Below, piece by piece: positions 8,847 to 18,994 of a DNA stretch of 54,515 bases. Under the pieces are notes generated by a model. It was not told the origin of the DNA, did no database searches, and was given only the letters and a program-made list of their open reading frames with translations. Numbering within the stretch: the stretch's first letter is position 1; the number at the start of each line of letters is the position of its first letter. Position numbers and translations under genes: made by a program. This DNA is from a virus (taxonomy: Duplodnaviria > Caudoviricetes): IMG/VR virus record IMGVR_UViG_3300006893_000010, positions 1 to 54,515 of that record. One strand, given 5' to 3'.

Positions 8847-9320
8847 CTAATCGAGGGTAATACCCCTCCCAATGAATATAGGACTCAGGTGCAGCGTCTC
8901 TGGCGTGACAAGATAGGCCCAGTCGGGCAGCACGTTCAACGGCTCCAGCCCGCCCGCCCGCAACCACAGCAGCATGAACGCCGAGCAGATGATCTCGTGA
9001 TCCGAGACACCGATCCGGCTGTGCAGGGCTAGCCCTACGATATCCTCGTAGTCGTAGGGGCAGCCGATCTTTGAGTCCATGAAGCGCATTGCGGCCTCAT
9101 ATTGCTCGTTGGTTACTGGGATGGAGTACCGGCGCTCGAACGTCGGCTTGCACCAATCATGTGGTCGAGACTGGACTCCCGTGCCTGCGTGAGCGCCGAC
9201 CCACGACTGTCCGTCCCTGCCGAGTCCCTCGGTGTGACAGAACAGCGAGTCCGTGGTCCACGTAATCAGCCGCGAGATAATCCCCGGCTCATTGATGAAT
9301 CGGATGGTCAGCCACGCCAT
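8847..9320 (-). CDS. permuted papain-like NlpC/P60 enzyme (YiiX/YaeF-like)
   Basis: ISRLITWTT..FCH at the N-terminus, IGCPYD, then IICSAF; His precedes Cys as in the permuted fold. Confidence 0.75.
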   Translation of the reverse strand: MAWLTIRFINEPGIISRLITWTTDSLFCHTEGLGRDGQSWVGAHAGTGVQSRPHDWCKPTFERRYSIPVTNEQYEAAMRFMDSKIGCPYDYEDIVGLALHSRIGVSDHEIICSAFMLLWLRAGGLEPLNVLPDWAYLVTPETLHLSPIFIGRGITLD

Positions 9321-9481
9321 AACGCCTCGGCTTCTGTAGGCGTCTCGTGTACGCCGTAGGTAGTCATGCCAGCCGTAACCGCAGATCCCGACCCGAACGG
9401 GGCGATCCCGGTGATGCTATCCGCGTCCACCGGGACCACCTGCGTCGGATTCATATGATCGTGGAACTCTACGATCCGCAT
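9308..9481 (-). CDS. small FlbD-like protein, 57 aa (not in the ORF track)
   Basis: MRIVEFHDHMNPTQVVPVDADSITGIAPFGSGSAVTAGMTTYGVHETPTEAEALWRG; TAATG-coupled, fills the gap exactly. Confidence 0.55.
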   Translation of the reverse strand: MRIVEFHDHMNPTQVVPVDADSITGIAPFGSGSAVTAGMTTYGVHETPTEAEALWRG

Positions 9482-10146
9482 TACACTACCTTCACCTGCG
9501 CCAGCTTGACCGTGGGATTCTTCTTCTGAGCCGCGCTCACCTTCTTATTGAAATCCCGTTGCCACGCGCTCAGGTTGAAGAACACGACTCCACTCGGCGG
9601 TAGGCTGGCCCGGAACTTGGTATGCGCCGTCCTAGCCTCAGACATCGCCGCGGGACTCTGTGCGATAGCCGCAGCGGGAGCGGCTGGGAACAGCGCCTCG
9701 ATGACGCTCAACAGAGTCTCAGCGGACAGCGCCACCGCGTTCGCCTCAGCCTGCGCTGCCGCGCCGCTGATCCTGAACAGGTCGAAGATCGCCGCCGTCT
9801 GACTCTCGAACACCTTGAACGCGGCGTCTAACAGGTTCCACGCGGAGACCGTTGCTCCACCAGCGGATACCTGCGCCTGATACGTGGCCAGGGTGGAGTT
9901 GAGGTCCGCGAGTGCGGTAGCCAGCGCCGGTCCTGCGGTAGCACACAGCGCTGCCGATGGCGTGAACGCACAGGCCAGTTGGAGCACATTCAGGATCACA
10001 GGATCGAACTTCGTGATGTCGCTGATGACCGTGATAACCTGCGCCTTGGTGCAGGACGTGGTGACGGCAATCGGCGTGATTGCCGCAGCCGCGCACAGGA
10101 TAGCGACCAGACCGGACTGCCACAAACGTGTTGCGATATTCTTCAT
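9481..10146 (-). CDS. putative lipoprotein, helical and Ala-rich (spanin-like candidate)
   Basis: GAGGAGG RBS; basic N-terminus, hydrophobic stretch, VTTSC lipobox-like site; lies in the lysis region. Confidence 0.55.
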   Translation of the reverse strand: MKNIATRLWQSGLVAILCAAAAITPIAVTTSCTKAQVITVISDITKFDPVILNVLQLACAFTPSAALCATAGPALATALADLNSTLATYQAQVSAGGATVSAWNLLDAAFKVFESQTAAIFDLFRISGAAAQAEANAVALSAETLLSVIEALFPAAPAAAIAQSPAAMSEARTAHTKFRASLPPSGVVFFNLSAWQRDFNKKVSAAQKKNPTVKLAQVKVV

Positions 10147-10553
10147 GATGGTTCCTCCTCTAGTGTAGCGATTGTATCCAAGTAGTGATCCCCCGAGTCC
10201 CATATCTTCTTACGAATCTCGTGCGGAAGCACCACACACCCATCCGACGCGTACCCTGGCGGCGGCGTCTCCCTCTCTCCGTGTATGCGTAATGTGTTAG
10301 GATCGCGGCCCAGCGCTAGCACGCTCAGCATAGTAGCCGCGTCCGGCGTCAGGATGATCGTGAACGGCCCAGTCCGAGGGCTATCCTCGACTCCGGTGAG
10401 TTGCCACGATCCGGGCGGGATCGGGCCTATCCCACGCTCACCAACCGCCGCGAGATCGTTGACGTGTGGTGGCTGACCGCTATAGCCTGTAGCCAATAGC
10501 GATCCGTCGTCGTAGTACATACGTCCGGTCGATATCTCATAGGCCCAACTCAC
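10143..10553 (-). CDS. Tlde1/DUF2778 L,D-transpeptidase-fold protein, putative endolysin
   Basis: GYSG, GPIPPG.W, IHG...ASDGCVVL (His...Cys catalytic motif). Confidence 0.82.
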   Translation of the reverse strand: MSWAYEISTGRMYYDDGSLLATGYSGQPPHVNDLAAVGERGIGPIPPGSWQLTGVEDSPRTGPFTIILTPDAATMLSVLALGRDPNTLRIHGERETPPPGYASDGCVVLPHEIRKKIWDSGDHYLDTIATLEEEPS

Positions 10554-10951
10554 GACGCATCCACCTTCGCCTGCTTCAACTCGTGCTTTGTGTACTCGTC
10601 TATGGCTGACTCCACACGCTTGTCGATGGCGTCGGCGGCAGCCTTGGCGGCATCGTTTCCAGGCGTAGTTGCTGCATGTGCCAGCACCGACATCGCCTTT
10701 AGCAGGTCAACCTTGTCGAGTAGTTGCTTGCCCATCGCGCTGTTGGTCAGGGTGTGTACCTTATCCACTGTCTTGTTCATCCTCGACTGCTTCCAGGTGT
10801 TCCACGCGACTAGCGCGGCGGTAGTCAGTGCGATCACCTCCGGCGTCGTGGTGCTGGTGAGTCCCCAGCCAGCGGCGATCAGTACGCCGGTAGCCAGCGC
10901 GATATTAAGCGCGGCTACCAGTTTGCATGCGAAAATGGGAGCGATGGTCAT
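10550..10951 (-). CDS. membrane protein with C-terminal coiled coil (holin/spanin candidate)
   Basis: Two N-terminal hydrophobic segments; adjacent to the endolysin. Confidence 0.55.
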   Translation of the reverse strand: MTIAPIFACKLVAALNIALATGVLIAAGWGLTSTTTPEVIALTTAALVAWNTWKQSRMNKTVDKVHTLTNSAMGKQLLDKVDLLKAMSVLAHAATTPGNDAAKAAADAIDKRVESAIDEYTKHELKQAKVDAS

Positions 10952-10960
10952 CTCAGGGCC

Positions 10961-11152
10961 TCAGTTGCGAATCCGTGGTACCGGCGTATTGACCAGCGCC
11001 AACACGCCGAACATCTGCAATAACCATAATACTAGGCAGATGATGACCACGGCGACGAGTATCCGCTTGATGGTCGCATCCATCGGAATGTAGGTCGTAG
11101 CTAACCAGAGCACGACTCCTACGACGATAATCACGAACATGATTTGTAGCAT
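10961..11152 (-). CDS. small two-TM membrane protein (Thivi_2564-like)
   Basis: IIVVGVVLWL...YIPMDATIKRIL..VVII..VLWLLQMFG. Confidence 0.7.
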   Translation of the reverse strand: MLQIMFVIIVVGVVLWLATTYIPMDATIKRILVAVVIICLVLWLLQMFGVLALVNTPVPRIRN

Positions 11153-11153
11153 G

Positions 11154-11426
11154 TTATTTAGCCTCCTGTGCGGCTGTAGATGGCGGGTTGGGGGGCACAG
11201 TAGTCTTCGACACCTGCCCGGTGAGTGAGGTCAGCATGCTAGGCCAGAATATAGCCAGCAGCCGAGGGAGTCCAGCGCCGATGGGTTGGGTGAACTGAAA
11301 GAACCACGTATATAGTGCGCTACTGCCGTCACGGGGAGTCGGAAGCGCGCCGATAGCGTTCGATAGCAGCCACATGGCTCCCACGCCCCACCACATCGGA
11401 TGATGCGACTGGATGTATTGCCACAT
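11154..11426 (-). CDS. holin-like membrane protein
   Basis: Hydrophobic; ALPTP...YTWFFQF motif; first gene of the lysis cassette. Confidence 0.5.
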   Translation of the reverse strand: MWQYIQSHHPMWWGVGAMWLLSNAIGALPTPRDGSSALYTWFFQFTQPIGAGLPRLLAIFWPSMLTSLTGQVSKTTVPPNPPSTAAQEAK

Positions 11427-11439
11427 TAGCTACCCCCTC

Positions 11440-14400
11440 TCAGTTTACCGAATCCACTGTCAGCATTCTCTCCGTCATCGAGTTCGAGGCGCTAGCGGAA
11501 GAGAATGCCCCGGTGATTTGCAGGAATAATTGCACTGTCGAATCAATCGCGCTGGATACCGCCGTATTGGTGTCGGCGTATACGGAGTCGGCGGCAGTCG
11601 TAGCCGCGCCCAGATCAATCAACAGAGAGCCGTGGGCCTCGTACTTGGAACTCGCGCCTGCGGTTTGTGTGCCGGAATTGAGTGACAACTGGATCGCATT
11701 GTTGGTAACAGCTAGGCTACCGAGCGCTCCTGACTGAATAGCCGCTAGTGTGATGACAGTCCCGCTTCCACATCCCGATACCGTGCAGAGTTTTGCGCTC
11801 ATCGTCATCTGGGAAGTAGAGAGCGCGGGCGTGGAGTAAATCCCATCCGCTTTGATTCGCAGTACGCGATTGAGACTGTTCAGTGCCCCGCCTGGAATGG
11901 TGCAGGCCATCAATAATTGATCCGTGGCAACGTTCGCTGAGACCGTGACTGGGGTGACGTTGACGCAACTATATTGTCCTGAATATATCCCATTGGGGCC
12001 TGTTAGTGTTCCAGTCAGGATTATATTTGCTGTCTTAATAGTTCCGGCTTTACTGCCAAGAGCGCCTGTGCCCACGTCCAGCACGCCCGCCGCATCTCTA
12101 GTCAGCGATAAGTCGCGCGCCGCTGCTGCACCATTCGAGAAACCAATGCCGCTTCCGTCCACTGAGGTTGTTCCGAACGCTAAATCGCTGGTGAGTACAT
12201 CAACACCGCTGACTGTGGTAATAACGTTTGTGCCGCCCGAGTAAAATCCGTTGGTGCCTCCACCGATTCTTATTGGTAAGGCCCCGGTCGATCCAGAAGG
12301 GGTACGGATAGCTCCTGTTGAAGTAAGATTGGTTACGGTGACCGTACCCGTACCCAAATTACTGTTGCCGTCGGTGACAGAAATCGCCAGTGGGTTAGGG
12401 TTGTGGGTTACGTCGAGTCCCACGCTGTCGATTTGTAAGGCGGCATAAGTGCTAAAAACACCAATGTTTCCACTCGGAGACCCGATGTGTATGGCATAGG
12501 CGTTACTGACCGTACCCCCTCCCTTGTTGTATAGAATTGGCCAATAGCCATTCAGGGTAGTGATAGCACCAGTGTTTCCAGGGTTGAGCGTTCCAGTGTC
12601 GGAGGTCGAACCGCTCATAATGCTTACGGTGCCGTTTCCTAAGTTGTAAGCCTCACTAGCCGCTCCTATGCAATCAGCAACAGTTCCCGATCCATTGTGA
12701 TCGCATTCCGCGTGTAGTCCGGCTAATTCGCTCGTATAGTTATGAGTCGAGGCAGGAAGAATTGCGATGTTCGCGTTAACGTTGAAATCCTCTACCGCAG
12801 AATCTACAGACGGTTGGCCTAAGTAAGTGGAAAAGTTATAAGGCAGTGTGAACGGGCCGCTCGAACCTCCTACTGTGTCGGTGTTGGTGTTCTCGGAATA
12901 AATCAAGGCAGGGGATTGAATCGTGCCATAATAATTAACGTTAGTCGTCGGCCCTATAGTCAAGCTACGTGCGGGTAGTTGTACGGTCGAGCCGGTAGCT
13001 TTGTTCCAGACATGAAATGCGTCACCCGCAAATGATCCCCCATCGTTGTATTGTATCTGGGTAGTAGAACCTCCAGGGGTGCCGCCGCTCGGTGTGCCGA
13101 ATCCTGTGCCGTCGGCCTTGACATAGCTCCCTGCTGACGCACCAGGAATGATGAGACAGCCGCTAGTATTGGTCACAGGGGCCGTGTTTCCGTCTCCCGC
13201 AAGGCCAGTGTCGTCGAAGGTCAAGAACGATGTACCCCCGCCGCCTTGATCAGTTGCTAGAGCTGTTCCGATCTTCCCCTGCGTCGCTCCGCCAACTGTG
13301 CGATACACGTCAATCCCCCAAGCGCCACCAGTTGGATCAATGTGGACTTGGGGGTGATTCGTTCCATTTGGACTGGCATTGCCTAGATTCGTTGTGCCTG
13401 TGGTTGAAGCCGCCGAATGTCCGCATCCGCCTTCAGCAACCAGAACGTAAGTGTAGGTAGTTGACCCAGCCGTGCCGACATTGGTTACCGATGAACCCAC
13501 TCCAGAAAAGGCGGGGGCGGTGACCTGCGAAAACGTCAGGCCGGAAACGGAGGGTTGAATTCCCAGCGTGGGGGTAATCGTAAATCCATTGGGAGTTTTA
13601 TAGGTCAAGGCAAGCGTACTGCTTGAGTCCGTGACTTTGCCAACGCTCTTAAATGCGAATTGATCGAAAGCGGGAGTTGCATTTGACAACGACCTGACAA
13701 AGATGAGTCGAGATGATGGATAGGATACAGATCCCCCACTTGCGCCTCCGTTGGGTAGTAGCGCCCAATCGCTGCTGGTACCTGCCGCTGGGGCACTATT
13801 AGCGACTGGACCTGTCGGACCCAGAAAGGTCATATTCCGCGCAAATGCCTGATAGGTGAGCAGGAAACTTCCGACATTCCCGCTGTCACTGAGTTGATTG
13901 CCGCCGAGATCATAAACGGACGCAGCAGGGCCGTTTGTCCCGTTCGTGTCGTCTCCTAAGAGAGTGTTGTTGTGGATTGCTACTGCAATCCCGCCATTGC
14001 CGAAGTCGTTGCCCCACATAAGATATGCCCCGCCCATTGCATTGATGGGGTAGACGGCAGAGTCAATCTGAGGGAATCCTATTTGGTTATTATGAATGCT
14101 GCGCCAACACGCTTGAGCGCCGGAGGTTGCGCTATCTCCTAGGAACGCCCCCGACGTTTCTGCCGCGATGACATAAGAAATCTCAGCAAAGCAACCGTTT
14201 CCGGTTGAACCCTCGAAGAAGTTTGCCCCCCCGGATCCGAATTGAGAGAAACTACCGTTTCCTCCAATATGAGAGTGTGAAACCCTAACCGTTCCTTGAT
14301 CAACCTCGATTCCACGGTAGCAAGTGGTAATGTGACTTTCCTCGTCTATGTCAGTGGAGTCGGCAGTCAGATCGTTGACCCAAATTCCAATGCTGCCTGT

Positions 14401-15624
14401 GGCTTGCTGGCAATAGACCTGAACGTGATGGATGGCATAGCCTTCTTGATTAGGTCCACCATCGATCTTAAGTCCGTAGAAATTCGCTGGAGGGGAGACC
14501 GCGTTATAGGCACTGTACATATCCATTGACGAAAATGTATTCCTAGATGGAGTGTACCCACCACTTGCGCTATTAGTAACACGGATGTCGCCGATAAAAC
14601 TGGAGGCACAACCATCACCCTTGGCGGCAAACGTTCCTCCATGAAAGTAAGAGAATCCGGTATCGTCGATACGAATTAAACCGTCCGCTGTTCCGCCACA
14701 TCCGAATACCCTAGTTCCGCCTTGAATAGGACTGCCGGATTGTCCACCTTGTCCAAACGTTCCACCGAAATCAACCTCGGTAAATTGCTGCCCCTTGATT
14801 AGCCACTGGGAGGTGAGGCGAATGCTCGGGCAATTCTTAAAGCTAAGCGTTTTCCCGGTTATCCCGTCAATTACCGTCAAGGTGTTTAGCGCCGTAGAAG
14901 AGTCGGTAGCTCCTGTGCAATCCACTCCCGAAATGTCTCTTGCCTCAATCACTGGCTTGAGTTGATATACACAAGGAACTCCGATACCGTTAGAAGCGCA
15001 GACTGATCCTGCGGCTACTCCGGTAGGTAAGCTAGAGGATGTGTGACACGCTCCATCAGCGCCTAGATACTGTGTCCCGGAGCATGAGCCAAATAGCCCA
15101 ACCACGTCCGACGCAATCGTAGGCACAGTCACATTGAGCGTTGTTCGCTTTACGATCCCACTAGAGCCTGGATCATGTAGCCCACTGACACCACCAACGA
15201 TGGGTAATAGCGGCATCAAGGGATCGACGATGGATGATATATCCTGCGTCACTCCGGTGATCGTGATCAGGATATTGTTCTTGCAGTACGGCCCCGCGAG
15301 GTATCCTACCGCCGAGCAGATCGAGAATGCCCACTTCGATGGCCCTGGCGACACTGTGTTGATGTTATCCGCGAGGTTAACCGTGAACTTGCCGAAGGCG
15401 TCACAGGTGCCTTGCTGGCCTTGGAGCAGCGCGTCTGGGGAGTAGGGGCCAGCGCCAGGAGGGCCTTGCGGCACGAATATTACCGACCACTGGCAGTTGG
15501 CGTAGGTCGTGGGAGTCGAGTCTTGGATGGTAGCGGTCACGACGGTCGTGGGGGGAGGTTGCTGTGCGGCGATGGAAGTTATAGCCAGCAACACGAAGAT
15601 GGAGGCAATGCGGTATAGTTTCAT
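11440..15624 (-). CDS. large tail fibre/spike-like protein with signal peptide, beta-helix-like centre and FN3-like module
   Basis: Start MKLYRIASIFVLLAITSIAA-QQ; G/S/T/N-rich; GVDCTGATDSSTALN spike-type motif; GGSTTQIQYNDGGSFAG fibre motif. Confidence 0.7.
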   Translation of the reverse strand: MKLYRIASIFVLLAITSIAAQQPPPTTVVTATIQDSTPTTYANCQWSVIFVPQGPPGAGPYSPDALLQGQQGTCDAFGKFTVNLADNINTVSPGPSKWAFSICSAVGYLAGPYCKNNILITITGVTQDISSIVDPLMPLLPIVGGVSGLHDPGSSGIVKRTTLNVTVPTIASDVVGLFGSCSGTQYLGADGACHTSSSLPTGVAAGSVCASNGIGVPCVYQLKPVIEARDISGVDCTGATDSSTALNTLTVIDGITGKTLSFKNCPSIRLTSQWLIKGQQFTEVDFGGTFGQGGQSGSPIQGGTRVFGCGGTADGLIRIDDTGFSYFHGGTFAAKGDGCASSFIGDIRVTNSASGGYTPSRNTFSSMDMYSAYNAVSPPANFYGLKIDGGPNQEGYAIHHVQVYCQQATGSIGIWVNDLTADSTDIDEESHITTCYRGIEVDQGTVRVSHSHIGGNGSFSQFGSGGANFFEGSTGNGCFAEISYVIAAETSGAFLGDSATSGAQACWRSIHNNQIGFPQIDSAVYPINAMGGAYLMWGNDFGNGGIAVAIHNNTLLGDDTNGTNGPAASVYDLGGNQLSDSGNVGSFLLTYQAFARNMTFLGPTGPVANSAPAAGTSSDWALLPNGGASGGSVSYPSSRLIFVRSLSNATPAFDQFAFKSVGKVTDSSSTLALTYKTPNGFTITPTLGIQPSVSGLTFSQVTAPAFSGVGSSVTNVGTAGSTTYTYVLVAEGGCGHSAASTTGTTNLGNASPNGTNHPQVHIDPTGGAWGIDVYRTVGGATQGKIGTALATDQGGGGTSFLTFDDTGLAGDGNTAPVTNTSGCLIIPGASAGSYVKADGTGFGTPSGGTPGGSTTQIQYNDGGSFAGDAFHVWNKATGSTVQLPARSLTIGPTTNVNYYGTIQSPALIYSENTNTDTVGGSSGPFTLPYNFSTYLGQPSVDSAVEDFNVNANIAILPASTHNYTSELAGLHAECDHNGSGTVADCIGAASEAYNLGNGTVSIMSGSTSDTGTLNPGNTGAITTLNGYWPILYNKGGGTVSNAYAIHIGSPSGNIGVFSTYAALQIDSVGLDVTHNPNPLAISVTDGNSNLGTGTVTVTNLTSTGAIRTPSGSTGALPIRIGGGTNGFYSGGTNVITTVSGVDVLTSDLAFGTTSVDGSGIGFSNGAAAARDLSLTRDAAGVLDVGTGALGSKAGTIKTANIILTGTLTGPNGIYSGQYSCVNVTPVTVSANVATDQLLMACTIPGGALNSLNRVLRIKADGIYSTPALSTSQMTMSAKLCTVSGCGSGTVITLAAIQSGALGSLAVTNNAIQLSLNSGTQTAGASSKYEAHGSLLIDLGAATTAADSVYADTNTAVSSAIDSTVQLFLQITGAFSSASASNSMTERMLTVDSVN

Positions 15625-15626
15625 GG

Positions 15627-17453
15627 CTAATCCACGATCCAGTATTCCCAACACGTCTGCCCGGAAGTGGATGGCAGAGAAAAAGTAAAACTGACTCCGG
15701 TGGAAATCGCCGAAATCGTGACCGCCGAAGTCACCGCTGGAGCTACGCAGGTCGGAGCACTCGGCAAATTGCTCGCAAAACTTATCGGCTGTAAGAAGAT
15801 TCGACTGCCCGTCACTGCCGCCGAAGTGTTGACCGTGTAAGTAGTAGTTGTGGTAGGAACAACTACTGCTCCGGATGCGGCTGCACTACAGGCCGCCGGG
15901 GATACAGAGTTAACCGCGCAATTGGTGTTGGTGATTTCTTTCCCTAGCGTAACCGTGCCTGCCCCTAGGTTGGAGTTTCCAGCCGCCACGCTGATCGCCA
16001 AAGGAGCTGGATTCGCCGCGCCGCCTGGAGTTGGATCGTCAATCTGCAATCCGGCGTAGTGAGAGACTGTGCCCGCAAGTTGCGGACTGTAGACATGCAA
16101 TCCGTAGCCGTTCGTGGCTGTGTTGCTCCCGAATGTCGTAATGACGAACAGGCCGCCGTTGATCGTACCTACTGCTCCAGTCCCGGCGTTAAGTGTTCCA
16201 GCCTCGCCTGTGATCCCAGCCAACACGGTCGCAGGACTAACCGAGCCGAGTGCATAAGCCTCCCCAGAGCTTCCAATGCAGAGCGCTACCAATCCAGATC
16301 CATTGTGATCGCATTCTCCGTGTATGCCGGATAGTTCACTCGTATAGGCAGCTATCGAGGCTGGTTGAACTACGACCTGACCCGCTATGTCGAAAAGCTC
16401 AATCGCGGACGTAGAACTAGCTGTAAGGTAAGTCGAGAAATAATAGGGCCATGTAAACGGCCCTCGCGTCCCACCCGCTATGCCTGCGTTGGTGTTTTCG
16501 GCGTAGAATTGTGGAGTCGATTGTAAAGTGTTATAACCTATATTCGTATTTCCACCAAACGTAAGAGGGGGATTGAGGCCAGTGTTCCCTAGCACACCGT
16601 TCTGCGTCCCAAACGGTACAGCCGCCTTAGCGTGTAAGGCGTACTGCATGGGAGTAACTCCAGAACTAGCATAGTTAGTGGTAGAAATTGTGATAGTGGT
16701 GCCTGCTGCTGCTTGCACGATCTGGGTTCCGAGCCAACCGCTTTTCGTGCCGGTCAGACCTATCGTGTTTCCGGTTAAGCCGCTGGGCGTAAGCGGAACT
16801 GCAGTTTGTGCTATTCCGGTGTCTGCGTCGGTCCAATTTACGTTACACACAGGTAAGGTAGAAGTAGAGGTGGCGGCCTGAGTCAGTACGACGTAGCAGG
16901 TAACTAGATATGATCCAGCTCCACCCGTAGGTACAGCATAGAGATTGGCGCTGGATATAGCTGCTGCCTGCGCCGATAAATCCACTGTGCCTACGATAAC
17001 GCTATTAATCGGCCCCCCGCCAGATACACTGATCTGACAACTGACAGTAGGCGACGTACCACCACTTAGCGTAGCTGGAACACAACCAATGAAACGATAG
17101 GCTGTTAAGTTAACACTTCTACCACCAACGATGCTAGTAGTGTCTATTTGTGTCCACGTCACATTGTCTAGCGATCCCATGAGGTTGATGGCAAGGCCAG
17201 TGGGAGAGCCAGTGGTTGAGACCTGCCACGTGAATACGGTAGGAAGTTGTCCACCACTAGTCAGTAGGTTGAAGGAGACGCAGCCACCAGCAAGGCCGGG
17301 GTTGACGCTAGTCGCGGTCGTGGTCGCGTTGCAGGATACGCCGACGCCGCCGGACGCTAGAGTTTGTGTGATCTGCGCGGCGCAAGGGATGGCCAACGAC
17401 AGCAGTAGGAGTGTCAGTAGCCATAGTCTTTTATTCATCATCGTAATCGTCAT
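15627..17453 (-). CDS. fibre/adhesin-like protein with signal peptide
   Basis: MNKRLWLLTLLLLSLAIPCAA-Q; shares an internal domain with 11440-15624. Confidence 0.65.
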   Translation of the reverse strand: MTITMMNKRLWLLTLLLLSLAIPCAAQITQTLASGGVGVSCNATTTATSVNPGLAGGCVSFNLLTSGGQLPTVFTWQVSTTGSPTGLAINLMGSLDNVTWTQIDTTSIVGGRSVNLTAYRFIGCVPATLSGGTSPTVSCQISVSGGGPINSVIVGTVDLSAQAAAISSANLYAVPTGGAGSYLVTCYVVLTQAATSTSTLPVCNVNWTDADTGIAQTAVPLTPSGLTGNTIGLTGTKSGWLGTQIVQAAAGTTITISTTNYASSGVTPMQYALHAKAAVPFGTQNGVLGNTGLNPPLTFGGNTNIGYNTLQSTPQFYAENTNAGIAGGTRGPFTWPYYFSTYLTASSTSAIELFDIAGQVVVQPASIAAYTSELSGIHGECDHNGSGLVALCIGSSGEAYALGSVSPATVLAGITGEAGTLNAGTGAVGTINGGLFVITTFGSNTATNGYGLHVYSPQLAGTVSHYAGLQIDDPTPGGAANPAPLAISVAAGNSNLGAGTVTLGKEITNTNCAVNSVSPAACSAAASGAVVVPTTTTTYTVNTSAAVTGSRIFLQPISFASNLPSAPTCVAPAVTSAVTISAISTGVSFTFSLPSTSGQTCWEYWIVD

Positions 17454-18994
17454 TGTCCTGTCTCCTGCGCTCGCTTGGCGGCTTCCATGAGTTGCTTCGA
17501 GAGAGACCAGTCGGGATGCTGGGCGCGGACGCGATCAAGGATGCCAGTGTCGCGGGCGGGATTAGCGGTATCGCGAAGGCGCTGGGCCTCGGGATCTCCC
17601 TTCCCAGTTGCTGCCTTCTGGACTCCACGTTGTGTAATCCTGTCGCCTATCTTGCGCCTCTCTTCGGCTACCATCTGCGTACTGGCGCGGCGCTCCACAG
17701 GGACCATATTCTGTCCTGGCTTTTGCGATTCCTTGGTCTTGCGTAGCCACTCTATGGGATCGACGGCGGTGGGAGTAGAGGATCGCACTGGCGCTACCTC
17801 TCGATTCTTCCCCGCTGACGCTAGTGCCTTCGACAGCGCTCCGCCCGCGGCTTCACCCGCATGCCCACCCGCCGACCCTAAGATGAGAGGATGCCCGACC
17901 TCCGTCCCCGCACCGTAGCCGAGCAGCCGTCCGCCAGCCTTCCCGACCGCGCGCATCGTCTTCCCGGACTGATACGTCTTCGCCATCTCCGCCTTGCCGC
18001 GGAGGTAGGTGGCGTCGAGGCCGTGTGGCTTTAACGCCTTCGCGGTGTCGTCGCCTATCGCCGAGCGCATCTTCTTCATCAGGCCGCCCATCTTGCCACC
18101 AGGATCGAGATCCCACGGAATCTTCGCACCGAGGGATTGCTCGAAGTTGCGGGCGGATTGATACGTCAGCGGATTCAGCTCCGCGCCACGGTCGATGGAC
18201 GCTCCCGGCTGACCCTCGACAGGCTCTACTCCCGGCTTCATCTTCGACTCGATCATGGCGATAAAGTCGGTCACCGGCTTCGGCACCGTGAATCCGTGCT
18301 TGCCGAGTTCCTCCGCCTTCTTGGCCCACTTATACGCAGCGGTATGATCGACTGGGATGTCCTGCGCGGCGGCGTCCACGCGATCCAGCAGCGTCTTCCC
18401 ACGCGTCTCTGCGCCCATGATCGACCCTGGCTTGGTCGGGTTGGCCTCGATTTCGCGTGGCGTCCCTTGTGCCGCACGACCGCCTATCATCTTCCCTAGC
18501 TTGCCAAATGTGAGCAGGTTGCTCATTGTGCGCGGCACCTGCATCGCTATGGCCTCCTTACCATACCCACTATGGTAGAGATCGCTGATCGCGCTGGGTA
18601 CCTTCCCGATATCCTTCAATGACTCTAGCGTCCCCTGCACCATGCGCTTGATGGGGACTGTGCCGGGGCCGAGGGCGTTCAGGACTTCCTCGCCCATACC
18701 CTCTGGTGGCTTGCCCATCTGATACACGGACTTTAGCGCGTCGCCCGCGCCGCCCGCGAGTTCCCCTCCCATCCACTTGGCTACGCCCATCTTCGAGGGG
18801 TCGATGCCGGTAGATAGAGCTAAGGTAGACTTACCGGCTTGGTCGGAGTGGGAAGTGTCTGCCGCGCCTGCTACGTCGTAATCAGGATGGGTCCGCAGGA
18901 ACGCGCCGGACTGGTGCGACGGGATGGTATAGAACTTCCCATCCGGTCCCTTGAGTCGGACGCGATCATCGACGGCTTGTGTCTGTGGTGGCAT
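17450..18994 (-). CDS. putative DNA ejection (internal virion) protein
   Basis: Helical, G/A/K-rich, with a glycine-zipper segment; last of four genes after the nozzle gene. Confidence 0.55.
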   Translation of the reverse strand: MPPQTQAVDDRVRLKGPDGKFYTIPSHQSGAFLRTHPDYDVAGAADTSHSDQAGKSTLALSTGIDPSKMGVAKWMGGELAGGAGDALKSVYQMGKPPEGMGEEVLNALGPGTVPIKRMVQGTLESLKDIGKVPSAISDLYHSGYGKEAIAMQVPRTMSNLLTFGKLGKMIGGRAAQGTPREIEANPTKPGSIMGAETRGKTLLDRVDAAAQDIPVDHTAAYKWAKKAEELGKHGFTVPKPVTDFIAMIESKMKPGVEPVEGQPGASIDRGAELNPLTYQSARNFEQSLGAKIPWDLDPGGKMGGLMKKMRSAIGDDTAKALKPHGLDATYLRGKAEMAKTYQSGKTMRAVGKAGGRLLGYGAGTEVGHPLILGSAGGHAGEAAGGALSKALASAGKNREVAPVRSSTPTAVDPIEWLRKTKESQKPGQNMVPVERRASTQMVAEERRKIGDRITQRGVQKAATGKGDPEAQRLRDTANPARDTGILDRVRAQHPDWSLSKQLMEAAKRAQETGQ

